64,000 nucleotides of DNA from an uncultured Candidatus Saccharibacteria bacterium (GTDB lineage: Bacteria > Patescibacteriota > Minisyncoccia > Phycocordibacterales > VMEP01), in NCBI GenBank assembly GCA_964579635.1, contig CAZOFV010000002.1, positions 1,371 to 65,370 of the forward strand, given 5' to 3'. Under the pieces are notes generated by a model that was given only the letters and a program-made list of their open reading frames with translations, did not search any database and was not told where the DNA came from. Shown here one piece after another: positions 10,024 to 20,157 of this stretch; position 1 is the stretch's first letter, and the number at the start of each line of letters is the position of its first letter. The position numbers and the translations under genes were made by a program.

Positions 10024-10113
10024 AAGTTAAAAGTTTATACAGTTTGTAAAGTTGAAAGTAACACCGTGTGTATTAACTTTATAGACTTTTTACTTTATAA
10101 ACTTTACGAACTT
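10024..10113. repeat. Degenerate AAAGTT-type short repeats in inverted arrangement
   Basis: Left arm has ~5 (A)AAGTT units, right arm ~5 (A)ACTTT units. Confidence 0.6.
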
Positions 10114-10120
10114 ACGCACC

Positions 10121-13100
10121 TTACTCCTCACTCTCCTCTTCTTCAACTTCTACTTTGTCTTTTGCCTTAAAGCCTGTTCCAGCTGGAATCAATCGTCCAA
10201 CAATTACGTTCTCTTTCAAACCACGAAGATCGTCAACCTTACCGCGAACTGCCGAATTAATAAGAACACGAGTGACGTTCTGGAATGATGCTGATGAAAG
10301 CCAGCTCTTTGTTGAAAGAGCAACTTCTGTAATACCGAGGATAACAGATTCGCCTTCAGCGACATCGCCACCAGCTTCTTTAGTTCTTGCGTTTTCAAGA
10401 GCAAATTCCATATTTTCAACAAGCTCACCAACAGTAAATGACGTGTCGGCGCTTTCTTTAATTCGTTTTCGAGAAAACATCTGGCGGATAATAATTTCTA
10501 TGTGCTTACGAGAAATAGATGCTCCTTGTAATTCGTAGATATTATTTATCTCCTTAATGACATATTCTTCAGCAGCTTCTCGTCCACCGTATTTATAGAG
10601 TTCTGCCAAATCTGCCGAACCGTCAGTGATAATGTCTCCTTTCTTTATTTTACTACCAACCTTAACCAAAGGACTTCGTCTGAAAGGTGCAACAAATTCA
10701 ACTTCGCCAACCTTTCCTTTTTTAACATCGTCTTCATCAAGTAGAACCTTGATTACTTTTTCACGTCCAACATCGTTTATTTCAATTACTTCTCCATTAA
10801 CACTTGAAACGATTGCTGGGTTCTTAGGAATTCGACGTTCGAAAATTTCTTCAACACGAGGAAGACCCATCGTAATATCGACTCCAGCAACACCTCCAGC
10901 GTGGAACGTACGCATTGTTAGCTGTGTACCAGGCTCACCAATAGCTTGGGCGGCGATAATACCAACAGCTTCACCTTTTTCAACCATTCTGTTTCTTGCG
11001 AGGTCTAATCCGTAACACATGCGACAAATACCATGAAGTGTCTTACAGGTAAGAGGTGTCCTAACAAAAACTTCTGTTATACCAGCGGCTTCGATTTTCA
11101 AAGCATCGCTCTTTAAAATCAAATGACCCTTCTTGTATAAGACTTCACCCTTCTCATCTTTAATTTCAGTTGCCAAAATACGTCCACGAATACTCTTAGA
11201 GATTGGAACTTCAATTCCAGAAAGAGTTTCTTTGGTGATTCTCTTTGTTTCTTTTGTACCACAATCGTCTTCTGTAATAACAGAGTCTTGCGCAACGTCA
11301 ACAAGCTTTCTTGTTAAGTATCCTGCCTTTGCAGTGTTAAGAGCGGTGTCGGCCAAACCTTTACGTGCACCGTGAGTAGTCGTGAAGTATTCAATAGGTG
11401 AAAGACCTTCTTTGTATGACGGGATAATTGGGAAGTCGATTGTTCGTCCAGCAGTGTTGATAATAAGACCTTTCATTCCAGACATCTGACTAAGCTGGGT
11501 CAAAGAACCTCTAGCACCTGAAGTCACCAAATCGTGAGCTGAACCGTTTCTGTCGAGAGTCTCAGGAACAAGTTTATCGAGTTCACCTTTAACACCCTGC
11601 CAAATTTCAATTGTCTTCCTGTATCTTTCTTCTTCAGCAAGCAAACCTTCGTTGAACTGACTTAAGACATCTTCAACTTTCTTTCTTCCTATATCAACAA
11701 TTTCTTTCTTTCTTGGGTGAACCTTAACGTCATCCATTCCCCATGTAGTTCCAGAAACTGTAGCGTACTTGTATCCGAATGTTTTAATCTTATCCAAAAT
11801 TGCTGGTGTTTTTTCTATACCGTATCGAGCAATCAATTCATCAACCAATGCTGCGAGTTTCTTAATGTTTATTTCCTCGTTTATATAAGGAAGATCTTTA
11901 GGCAAAATTGAGTTAAAAAGAAGACGACCGACAGATGTTTCAAAAAGTTTACCCTCAAACTGTGCATACTTTGGACTATCTGTTGGTAAAACCTTAATCT
12001 TTGAACGGAAGGCTACGATATCAAAATCGTATGACATGATTGCATTGTTTGGAGTTGGGAAAGCCTTTCCTTCACCTTTCTCTCCATCGACAACTTTGGT
12101 CATCCAATAACAACCAAGCACGATATCAAGCTTTGGGTTAACAATTGGATCACCGTTTCCTGGCTTCAAAAGGTTTTTGTTTGCTGCCATCAAATCCCCC
12201 GCTTCCTGTTGAGCTTCTTTAGAAAGTGGAACGTGAACGGCCATCTGGTCACCGTCGAAGTCTGCGTTGAATGCTGTACAAACAAGTGGATGCACTTGAA
12301 TTGCGTTTCCTTCAATAAGGACTGGGTGAAAAGCCTGAATACCTAAGCGGTGAAGTGTAGGAGCACGGTTTAGAAGAACGTACTTTCCTTTAATTACCTC
12401 TTCAAGAATTGCCCAAACCTCTGGCACTCCTTCGTCTATTAAACGGCCAGCTCCACGAATGTTGTAGGCAAGCTCTCGTTCAAGAATTTTAGAAATCACG
12501 AATGGACGGAATAATTCAAGCGCCATGTGTTTTGGCAAACCACACTGATCAAGTTTCAATTGTGGACCAACGACGATAACAGAACGTCCTGAATAATCTA
12601 CACGCTTACCCAAAAGGTTTTGACGGAAGAGACCCTGCTTTCCTTTTAGATTGTCTGAAAGTGATTTAAGTGAACGACGTTGAGATTGATTCATTGCCAT
12701 CGCTTCTGATTGTCGACGAATAGAGTTATCGATAAGTGAATCAACAGCTTCCTGCAAAATACGTTTTTCGTTACGCAAAATAACATCTGGTGCGCCAATT
12801 TCAATAAGCTTTCGCAAACGATTGTTTCGGTTGATAACACGACGGTAAAGATCGTTAACATCAGATGTTGCATGTCGTCCTCCTTCAAGAGCAACCATTG
12901 GACGTAGTGCTGGTGGAATAACTGGAATCACTGTTAAGAACATCCAGTCAGGGCGAACGTTTGAATTAATCATTGCACGAATAAGAGAAAGTCTCTTTTC
13001 GGTTTTTTCTCTTTCAATTGCTGTTGTTTTCTTTGTATTATTCGTGAGTTCGTTTTCAAGCTTCTTCAAATCTAGGTTTTTGAATAGATTAAAGATTGCC

Positions 13101-13747
13101 TCTGCTCCGATTGTTGCCTCAAAGACTGAACCGTATTTCAAGGCGTAGCGGTGATAAGTCGCCTCATCAACAACTTTTCCTACAACAATTTCATTAACTT
13201 CTTTCTTTGCAGTAGAAAGCATCTCTTTGATTTTCTCGCGAGAAGCTTCGTCTGTCATTGATTTAACTTTTGCTTTATATTCTGATTCTAGGTTTTTGAT
13301 AACCTTATCTTTTTCTTCGTCGTTAACCTTAGTGATGATGTAACCAGCAAAATAAATAACCTTTTCAAGATCAGTAACTGGCACGTTCATCAAAAGACTC
13401 ATTCTTGATGGCACACCGCGCAAAAACCAAATATGAGCAACAGGACTTGCGAGCTCGATATGCCCCATTCTTTCACGTCGAACAATAGAGCGAGTAACCT
13501 CAACTCCACATTTCTCACAGACAATATCCTTATAACGAATACGTCGATATTTTCCACAGTAACACTCGAAGTCTTTTTCTGGTCCGAATATACGTTCATC
13601 AAAAAGACCACCGCGCTCAGAACGACCGGTTCTGTAGTTGATTGTTTCCGGTTTCGTTACCTCGCCATATGACCATTCTCTTATTTTGTCCGGAGACGAA
13701 ACTGAGAGAGAAATCGCATCGAAATCTGTTGTATCAAATGTTTTCAT
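10121..13747 (-). CDS. rpoC: RNA polymerase beta' subunit
   Basis: NADFDGD catalytic motif, [14 protein letters not shown]-terminal Zn ribbon. Confidence 0.99.
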   Translation of the reverse strand: MKTFDTTDFDAISLSVSSPDKIREWSYGEVTKPETINYRTGRSERGGLFDERIFGPEKDFECYCGKYRRIRYKDIVCEKCGVEVTRSIVRRERMGHIELASPVAHIWFLRGVPSRMSLLMNVPVTDLEKVIYFAGYIITKVNDEEKDKVIKNLESEYKAKVKSMTDEASREKIKEMLSTAKKEVNEIVVGKVVDEATYHRYALKYGSVFEATIGAEAIFNLFKNLDLKKLENELTNNTKKTTAIEREKTEKRLSLIRAMINSNVRPDWMFLTVIPVIPPALRPMVALEGGRHATSDVNDLYRRVINRNNRLRKLIEIGAPDVILRNEKRILQEAVDSLIDNSIRRQSEAMAMNQSQRRSLKSLSDNLKGKQGLFRQNLLGKRVDYSGRSVIVVGPQLKLDQCGLPKHMALELFRPFVISKILERELAYNIRGAGRLIDEGVPEVWAILEEVIKGKYVLLNRAPTLHRLGIQAFHPVLIEGNAIQVHPLVCTAFNADFDGDQMAVHVPLSKEAQQEAGDLMAANKNLLKPGNGDPIVNPKLDIVLGCYWMTKVVDGEKGEGKAFPTPNNAIMSYDFDIVAFRSKIKVLPTDSPKYAQFEGKLFETSVGRLLFNSILPKDLPYINEEINIKKLAALVDELIARYGIEKTPAILDKIKTFGYKYATVSGTTWGMDDVKVHPRKKEIVDIGRKKVEDVLSQFNEGLLAEEERYRKTIEIWQGVKGELDKLVPETLDRNGSAHDLVTSGARGSLTQLSQMSGMKGLIINTAGRTIDFPIIPSYKEGLSPIEYFTTTHGARKGLADTALNTAKAGYLTRKLVDVAQDSVITEDDCGTKETKRITKETLSGIEVPISKSIRGRILATEIKDEKGEVLYKKGHLILKSDALKIEAAGITEVFVRTPLTCKTLHGICRMCYGLDLARNRMVEKGEAVGIIAAQAIGEPGTQLTMRTFHAGGVAGVDITMGLPRVEEIFERRIPKNPAIVSSVNGEVIEINDVGREKVIKVLLDEDDVKKGKVGEVEFVAPFRRSPLVKVGSKIKKGDIITDGSADLAELYKYGGREAAEEYVIKEINNIYELQGASISRKHIEIIIRQMFSRKRIKESADTSFTVGELVENMEFALENARTKEAGGDVAEGESVILGITEVALSTKSWLSSASFQNVTRVLINSAVRGKVDDLRGLKENVIVGRLIPAGTGFKAKDKVEVEEEESEE

Positions 13748-13760
13748 ATGTTTATTTTAA

Positions 13761-16700
13761 TTAATTACGGCGTCTTTTTTTAAGTTCAACATCAAGGGCC
13801 AATCCACGTAGGTAATTCAACATAACCGTAAAGGAAGCTGGAGCGTTTGGCGCCTTAACATCCTCGCCCTTGATAATAGAATCGAACGTCTGTGAACGAC
13901 CGACGATATCGTCTGATTTAACTGTAAGCATTTCACGAAGTGTGTGTGATGCTCCGTATCCTTCAAGTGCCCACACTTCCATTTCACCAAAACGCTGACC
14001 TCCACCTTGAGCTTTACCTCCCAATGGCTGTTGGGTAATGAGCGAGTACGGTCCGATGGAGCGCATGTGAATCTTATCTTCCACCATGTGGTGAAGCTTC
14101 ATGATATACATGTATCCGAGTGCGATTTCCTGATCAAACGAATCACCTGTGCGACCATCATAAAGTTTAACTTTACCAGTCTCTGAAAAACCAGCTTTCT
14201 TAAGTTCGTCACGAATTTCCTGGTCTGTTGCACCTTGGAAAGGAGGAACTATTGCCTGATAATTTAGTGTGTTTGCTGCAAGACCCATGTGAAGTTCCAA
14301 AATCTGACCTAGGTTCATACGAGAAGGAACTCCAAGTGGTGTCAAAATAACATCAATAGGTGTGCCGTCTTCCATGTATGGCATATCCTGCTCTGGCAAG
14401 ATAAGAGAAATAACACCTTTGTTTCCGTGGCGACCTGCTAGTTTATCTCCAACAGAGATGTTTCTAAGCTGTGCGACTTCAATGTGAATTCTTTTAATGA
14501 TTCCACTATCAAGTGAATCACCACTATCACGAGAGAAAACCTTTACACCAACAATACGTCCACGCTTGCCGTGTTCCATACGAAGTGAAGTGTCTTTAAC
14601 ATCACGTGCTTTTTCACCGAAGATAGAACGCAAAAGTCTTTCTTCTGGAGTAAGTTCTGATTCACCTTTTGGAGTAATCTTTCCAACCAAAATATCGTTA
14701 GGGCGAACTTCTGCACCAATACGGATAATTCCATCAATATCAAGATCTTTCAATTTTGCTTCACCAACGTTTGGAATATCACAAGTTGTGACCTCGGGCC
14801 CAAGCTTTGTATCACGAACATTCACAACGAACTCTTCAATGTGGATACTTGTGAACTTGCTGTCTTTGACCAATCTTTCTGAAAGGATAATAGCGTCTTC
14901 GTAGTTCGAACCGTCCCAAACCATAAAGCCAACCAAGACGTTTTGACCTAGTGCTACTTGTCCATGATCAGACGATGATGTGTCAGCCAATATTTCACCC
15001 TTCTTAACACGCTGTCCAACTGAGACTACTGGACGCTGATGGAAAACGCTAAAGTCGTTTGTTCTTGAGTAGTTAACTAAAGTATATTCTTTTTCTTTTC
15101 CAGATTTTGTTCCATCTACTTTAACCTTCTTTGCATCAACATAAGTAACAGTTCCCTCTTCTTCTGCAAGAACTAAACGACCTGTGTAATAAGCAACGGA
15201 GTGTTCCATACCTGTAGCAACAAGTGGAGCTTCTGGGATAATACAAGGTGTTGCCTGCTTCTGCATGTTAGAACCCATGAGTGCACGACCGGCGTCATCG
15301 TGTTCCAAGAAAGGAATAAGTGAAGTTGCAACAGAGAAAGGTTGTGTTGTTGAAACGTCGATATAATCAACGTCGTTTTTATCAACCATACCAGGTTCTG
15401 TTTTAATACGAGCTTCTACTTTCTTTTCTGTAATGTTCCCGTCAGCGTCATAATGAATACCAGCATGAGCAATAACACTTCCTTCTTCTTCAAGAGCGTT
15501 TAGGTAAACAATTTCTTTTGTAATCTTTCCGTTCTTAACCTTAACGTAAGGAGTTTCAATAATGCCGAAATTATTAATTCGAGCGTGTGTCGACAACTGC
15601 AAAATAAGACCGATGTTTTGGCCTTCTGGTGTATGGATAGGACAAACACGACCGTAGTGGGAAGTGTGCACGTCACGAACTTCAAGACCAGCTCTTTCAC
15701 GAGTAAGACCTCCTGGCCCAAGTGCTGAAAGTCTTCGTAAGTGTTCTATTTCATCCAAAACGTTACCCTGACTCATGAATTGAGAAAGTTGGTTTGTGGT
15801 GAAGAATTCTTTTATACGAGCTTGCAGTGGACGTTGATTAACTATCTGAATTGGAAGAGTTGTCTCGGCATCAATAGTAGACATTCTGTCTTGGATATTT
15901 CTCTTCATTTGAGCCATACCAACACGAATCTTTGCTTGAAGCATTTCTCCAACATATCGAACACGTCTTAATCCTAAGTGATCAATATCGTCAGCTTCAG
16001 ATCCTGGAGTGTTATTTAAGTTAGTGATGTGTTCAACAATAAGAACAACATCTTCAAGTGAAAGTGTGCGACGAGCAAGCGCAACTTCTTTCATGTCCAA
16101 ATCAAATCTCTGGTTAAAACGAAAACGTCCAACAGGAGAAAGATCATATCTCTCTTCGCTAAAAATTGACGAGATAAATTCACGAGCATTATCTGCTGTT
16201 GCAAGATCGCCATCACGAAGACGTTTATAAATTTCTATGTATGAATCATCAAGGGTTTTAGCTGGGTCCTTCTCAAGAAGAGCTGTAACCATTTCCTGCA
16301 TTTCTTTACTAAACTTATTTATGATCTCTTTGTCGCTCTTTGTTCCAAAAACACGTAGTAATGATGCAACTGGGAACTTCCTCTTTCTGTCGATACGAAC
16401 AAAGATACCTTCAGCATCAGATTCTATTTCAATCCAAACACCACGTGATGGGATTATTTTTGCACCAAAAAAACGCTTGCCTTTAATATCTTGGTCGTTA
16501 AAGAAAACGCCGAAGCTTCTAGCAAGCTGAGGAACAATAACACGCTCGACACCGTTAATGATGAAGGTGCCGTGAGAAGTCATAAGAGGAAAATCTGCCA
16601 TGAAGATTTCCTGCTCTTTAACAGTGTTAAAAGTCTTGTTCTTTAGTTTGATTGTTGCACGAAGAGGAGCTTCGTAAGAAAGCTTATTTGCCTTAGCAAA

Positions 16701-16979
16701 ATATTCATTATGTTTTGGCTCACTTAAGAAAAAAGAAGTGAACTCAAGATCAAACTTTTTATCAGAATAATCTTTTATTGGAGAGAATTCCTTAAATATT
16801 TCTTTTAGACCTTTTTCTAAAAGCCATTTATACGATGCGACCTGATTTTCAATCAAGTCTGGCATTTCAGCCAATGGTTTTTTCCATGCGGAAAAATGTT
16901 TCTGCTCACGACCGGCACCACTCAATCTTCCCGAAGACCTAGGAAGAATTGCATCCTGGACACGCAATTGTTTTGCCAT
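13761..16979 (-). CDS. rpoB: RNA polymerase beta subunit
   Basis: GDKLAGRHGNKG, GGQRFGEMEVW. Confidence 0.99.
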   Translation of the reverse strand: MAKQLRVQDAILPRSSGRLSGAGREQKHFSAWKKPLAEMPDLIENQVASYKWLLEKGLKEIFKEFSPIKDYSDKKFDLEFTSFFLSEPKHNEYFAKANKLSYEAPLRATIKLKNKTFNTVKEQEIFMADFPLMTSHGTFIINGVERVIVPQLARSFGVFFNDQDIKGKRFFGAKIIPSRGVWIEIESDAEGIFVRIDRKRKFPVASLLRVFGTKSDKEIINKFSKEMQEMVTALLEKDPAKTLDDSYIEIYKRLRDGDLATADNAREFISSIFSEERYDLSPVGRFRFNQRFDLDMKEVALARRTLSLEDVVLIVEHITNLNNTPGSEADDIDHLGLRRVRYVGEMLQAKIRVGMAQMKRNIQDRMSTIDAETTLPIQIVNQRPLQARIKEFFTTNQLSQFMSQGNVLDEIEHLRRLSALGPGGLTRERAGLEVRDVHTSHYGRVCPIHTPEGQNIGLILQLSTHARINNFGIIETPYVKVKNGKITKEIVYLNALEEEGSVIAHAGIHYDADGNITEKKVEARIKTEPGMVDKNDVDYIDVSTTQPFSVATSLIPFLEHDDAGRALMGSNMQKQATPCIIPEAPLVATGMEHSVAYYTGRLVLAEEEGTVTYVDAKKVKVDGTKSGKEKEYTLVNYSRTNDFSVFHQRPVVSVGQRVKKGEILADTSSSDHGQVALGQNVLVGFMVWDGSNYEDAIILSERLVKDSKFTSIHIEEFVVNVRDTKLGPEVTTCDIPNVGEAKLKDLDIDGIIRIGAEVRPNDILVGKITPKGESELTPEERLLRSIFGEKARDVKDTSLRMEHGKRGRIVGVKVFSRDSGDSLDSGIIKRIHIEVAQLRNISVGDKLAGRHGNKGVISLILPEQDMPYMEDGTPIDVILTPLGVPSRMNLGQILELHMGLAANTLNYQAIVPPFQGATDQEIRDELKKAGFSETGKVKLYDGRTGDSFDQEIALGYMYIMKLHHMVEDKIHMRSIGPYSLITQQPLGGKAQGGGQRFGEMEVWALEGYGASHTLREMLTVKSDDIVGRSQTFDSIIKGEDVKAPNAPASFTVMLNYLRGLALDVELKKRRRN

Positions 16980-17213
16980 ATTATTTTTTATCTCGTAAAG
17001 CGACCAACACTCTCATTACAGCGTAGGTCACTGCGCGAAACGGTTACGCAAAAAGAAAATGAAAGCAAGGAAAATCCCGCCCCTTTTCTAGGACACCTGA
17101 TAATTTTCTTCAATTTTCATCGAGAAGAGATTCCCGAATCTTCGCACTCCCAGGGGCGTAACTCAATCAAAAACTGGTTAAAGACAGTATACCTGAAGCA
17201 AAAACACTGTCAA
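16980..17213 (-). promoter_or_regulatory. rpoB promoter and ~200-nt structured leader
   Basis: TTGACA(17213-17208)-16-TATACT(17191-17186); several complementary segments in the leader. Confidence 0.65.
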
Positions 17214-17253
17214 ACTTTTCTAATTTACAAAGAGCCACCGCCTTTTAGGGGTT

Positions 17254-17886
17254 TTATTCCCCTTTCTTCCATTTCTCAATATTAGCTTGATGACCTGAAA
17301 GCAAGACTTTTGGCACTTTATAATTTTTCCCTTTATATTTTAAAATTTCTGGACGAGTATAAACTTCGCTTGATGAAATTCTATTCTCTTCAACAGAATC
17401 GAAAGTGTTGAGCACTCCTTTGATCTGACGAGAAACAGTGTCTATCAAAACCATCGCTGGCAATTCTCCGCCAGTGAGAACGTAATCCCCAATTGAAACT
17501 TCTTCTGCTTTTAGAATTTTTTTCACACGGCCATCAATTCCTTCATATCGTCCTGACACTAAAATTATTTCTTTATTTTTTTTCAAAAGATTTCGAGCGT
17601 ATTCATTGGTCAATTTTTTACCAGCTGGTGAAAAAATAATCACCTTAGTTTTTTTCTTCCCACGAGCTTTGCCAATAGCGGTCAAAATAGGTTGCGCTTC
17701 CATGACCATTCCAGGACCACCACCATATGGTCGCCCATCTACTCTCCCCCATTTATTCTCCGTGTAATCACGAGGGTTATAAAACTTAACCGATATTTTC
17801 TTATCTGTTATGGCGCGCCCAATAATCGACTCTTTTAAATACGAGTCGAACATGCTTGGGAAAAGTGTTATTACTTGAAATTTCAT
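17254..17886 (-). CDS. trmD: tRNA (guanine37-N1)-methyltransferase
   Basis: PYGGGPGM, SGRYEGID, SIGDYVLTGGE, YTRPE. Confidence 0.96.
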   Translation of the reverse strand: MKFQVITLFPSMFDSYLKESIIGRAITDKKISVKFYNPRDYTENKWGRVDGRPYGGGPGMVMEAQPILTAIGKARGKKKTKVIIFSPAGKKLTNEYARNLLKKNKEIILVSGRYEGIDGRVKKILKAEEVSIGDYVLTGGELPAMVLIDTVSRQIKGVLNTFDSVEENRISSSEVYTRPEILKYKGKNYKVPKVLLSGHQANIEKWKKGE

Positions 17887-17952
17887 ATGCTTGTTCTATC
17901 ACGATAACATAAAAGAAAAAAGCCCCGCGTTCGCAGGACTTTTGTCGCATGA

Positions 17953-18183
17953 CTAGTCATCTGGGGAGACAACACATCCATGGGCCGAATGCCTGCCCAG
18001 TGGGTGCTTCTCTACCAATTCGCCGAGGGTTTCGAAATAATCTTTTGACACTTGCGAATTTTCCGTCCTCTTTGCAAGAGGCTTGATTTCTCCATCTTCC
18101 TCGATACTTCTAAGCGGATCATCATGCTTGCGCCCCGGGGTTGCTTCGTAAATATCGGCCATCAAGGTCATTCGCGCCATCAC
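17953..18183 (-). CDS. Small orphan hypothetical protein
   Basis: AAGGAG SD, TTGATA-16-TATGAT upstream, terminator at ~17916-17943. Confidence 0.7.
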   Translation of the reverse strand: MMARMTLMADIYEATPGRKHDDPLRSIEEDGEIKPLAKRTENSQVSKDYFETLGELVEKHPLGRHSAHGCVVSPDD

Positions 18184-18221
18184 GTTTTCTCCTTTTCGTT
18201 GATCTAAACTATTAACATCAT

Positions 18222-18259
18222 AAACAAAAACCGCCCTATATCAAGGGCGTTTTTTGTTT
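18222..18259. terminator. Terminator after khpA, overlapping the next promoter
   Basis: AAACAAAAAcCGCCCT-atatca-AGGGCGTTTTTTGTTT. Confidence 0.75.
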
Positions 18260-18275
18260 CTTCCTAATCTCCTAA

Positions 18276-18605
18276 TTACAAATCTTTAATGTCCTCCATC
18301 ACCGACTCAACAGTATTTAGAGTAACCCCGCTGTCGTATGGTCTTGGCGCTCCGCCTGCAGGTTCGTTTATCTTCAAATTAACACGTGCGTTATTTTTCA
18401 TTCCAACAACACGAAGAAGTGTTCTTATTGCCTTTGCGGTATTTCCTTTGCGACCGATAATTTTACCCATATCTGCTGGATTCAAATCAAGAGTCAAAAG
18501 CACACCCATCTGATCAATCACTCTTCCTATCTTCACATCGTCTGGAAAATCAACCAACGCTTTTACAACATATTCTAAAAATTCCTTATCTTTCTCCATA
18601 TTCAT
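18276..18605 (-). CDS. khpA: KH-domain RNA-binding protein KhpA (UPF0109)
   Basis: DMGKIIGRKGNTAKAIRT (GxxG); rpsP-trmD context. Confidence 0.9.
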   Translation of the reverse strand: MNMEKDKEFLEYVVKALVDFPDDVKIGRVIDQMGVLLTLDLNPADMGKIIGRKGNTAKAIRTLLRVVGMKNNARVNLKINEPAGGAPRPYDSGVTLNTVESVMEDIKDL

Positions 18606-18712
18606 TTCAGTAAATTATTTTTAAAAAGTAGTTCAATTAAAATGCTCTACTAAATCAATTGTAAAACTTAGATTGTCTTGGGTCAATGAACATTGTTTAA
18701 ACAAGTCACAAT

Positions 18713-18752
18713 AAAAAAGACCCTGCATCTCTGTATAAGCAGATGCAGGGTC
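18713..18752 (-). terminator. Intrinsic terminator
   Basis: 12-bp stem GACCCTGCATCT/AGATGCAGGGTC followed by T6 on the minus strand. Confidence 0.8.
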
Positions 18753-18792
18753 CGTCTCCTGCCTGAAATTCTAAACTCTCAAGACCCGAGTG

Positions 18793-19365
18793 CTAATTTG
18801 CGCGCAACGCAGCAGGATCATTGTCGTCCCAGAAGTCGAGACCGAGCCAGTCGCTGAACCAGTACCACCTGCTGCCACTCCGGCCGAGGTAACGAACGTA
18901 CAGACTATCACCGGGGTGGCGGTAGATCGTGCCCCAGAAGAACACATACTTGCCTTTCCATTCCTCGGGAATGAGGTGCGGATGAGCGAGCAGGTAGTCA
19001 AGGATATTCGCGTTTAAGACAGGCTTGCTGACGAGTTCCTTACGGAGCTTGTTGCCTTCCATCATTTTGCCGTTCTGCTGTCCTTCGGCAAGAAAAAGTT
19101 CGATCTGTGAGGCATCAAACTTGAACTGTCCGCCCTTCTGATGCTCTTCGACTTTCCAGCCATCAGGAACGAAAGGGGCAGCATCGCAGTCGATGGTGTG
19201 TTCTACCTGCGTGATAGTGGCGTAGCCGAGCCGCACTTGTCGCACCCTGGCGAGATTACCCCCAGTTGCAAGCCAGTCGAGATCGGCGACATCGGGAATG
19301 CCGTTGCGAAGAAGAGCTTGTTTGATTTTGTAGGCAAGTCCAACATCGAGTGTGATATCACTCAT
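18793..19365 (-). CDS. Hypothetical protein with Trp-rich C-terminus; probable DGR target
   Basis: AAGGAG SD before ATG 19365; C-terminus FFWGTIYR..LYVRYL..WYW..WL..W...PAA; last 51 codons contain one NNA. Confidence 0.8.
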   Translation of the reverse strand: MSDITLDVGLAYKIKQALLRNGIPDVADLDWLATGGNLARVRQVRLGYATITQVEHTIDCDAAPFVPDGWKVEEHQKGGQFKFDASQIELFLAEGQQNGKMMEGNKLRKELVSKPVLNANILDYLLAHPHLIPEEWKGKYVFFWGTIYRHPGDSLYVRYLGRSGSRWYWFSDWLGLDFWDDNDPAALRAN

Positions 19366-19444
19366 TAGAGTCTCCTTTGCGACATCGAGTCTGTGAGTAG
19401 ACAAATAGTCGCTTTAATGCCAGCGGGCTTTCTTCGGTGCGAAG

Positions 19445-19500
19445 GTTTGCCATAGCAGAGAATGGCCTAGTGGTTAAAGCCGCTTTCTGCTATGGCAAAC
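19445..19500 (-). promoter_or_regulatory. Long hairpin in the 5' region of the 18793-19365 gene
   Basis: 15-bp perfect stem GTTTGCCATAGCAGA/TCTGCTATGGCAAAC with imperfect extension. Confidence 0.7.
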
Positions 19501-19579
19501 ATAAGCTAAGAATCAAAGAACTATATTGGTATAAAAACATGTGTTTGTAATAAAGTCAAACATACATAATATTAAAAAC

Positions 19580-19611
19580 AAAAAAGCTGTCCTTTCTAGG
19601 ACAGCTTTTTT
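19580..19611. terminator. Terminator after rpsP
   Basis: A6-GCTGTCCT-ttct-AGGACAGC-T6. Confidence 0.85.
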
Positions 19612-19628
19612 GAGATAGAAAATTCAAA

Positions 19629-20108
19629 TTATGCAGCTGGTGCTTCTTCTGCCGGAGCTTCAACAACCACTTCTGCTTGCGCTGGGGTTTCTGCTACTAC
19701 CTCCGCCTGTGCTTCAACTGGAGCCTCTTCCACTACCGGTACTTCAGCTGGAATTTCTTCAGGAGCAGGAGTTGCGACTGGTGCTGGTGTAGGGGCTGCG
19801 GGAGCTTCTGCTTTAGCTGGTTCGTCTTTTTTGATAGGACTTTTCTTAGGCAAAACGTTTCTTTTCTTTCCATCAATAATTTTTTTCTCAACTAGGAAAT
19901 TATGCATTGTGTCTGAAGGCAAAGCTCCATGTGACATCCAATGCAAAACGCGATCAGCCTTAACAATGAAGTTGCCGAGCTTAGGTTCATAAGAACCGAT
20001 GACCTCAACGAAATTACCCGTCTTTGGGCTTTCGCGATGATCAACAACAACCACGCGGAAGTGCGGGCTGTTCTTTCGTCCTATTCTTTGTAACCTAATT
20101 TTTAACAT
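19629..20108 (-). CDS. rpsP: 30S ribosomal protein S16 with Ala/Pro/Glu-rich tail
   Basis: MLKIRLQRIGRK..FRVVV..GSYEP..GALPSDT. Confidence 0.95.
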   Translation of the reverse strand: MLKIRLQRIGRKNSPHFRVVVVDHRESPKTGNFVEVIGSYEPKLGNFIVKADRVLHWMSHGALPSDTMHNFLVEKKIIDGKKRNVLPKKSPIKKDEPAKAEAPAAPTPAPVATPAPEEIPAEVPVVEEAPVEAQAEVVAETPAQAEVVVEAPAEEAPAA

Positions 20109-20115
20109 GCAGGCA

Positions 20116-20144
20116 ATACTAATAGAAATGGCCCGATAGGTCAA
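20116..20144 (-). promoter_or_regulatory. Leaderless promoter of rpsP
   Basis: TTGACC-17-TAGTAT, 7 nt before the ATG. Confidence 0.75.
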
Positions 20145-20157
20145 GCTTATTTTTTTA

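Noticed and set aside
10155-17285. Numerous 60-135-aa ORFs antisense or out of frame to rpoC and rpoB (and similar ones over smc, dnaE, tkt, gap)
   Set aside because: Shadow ORFs of long conserved genes, with no recognisable motifs or expression signals.
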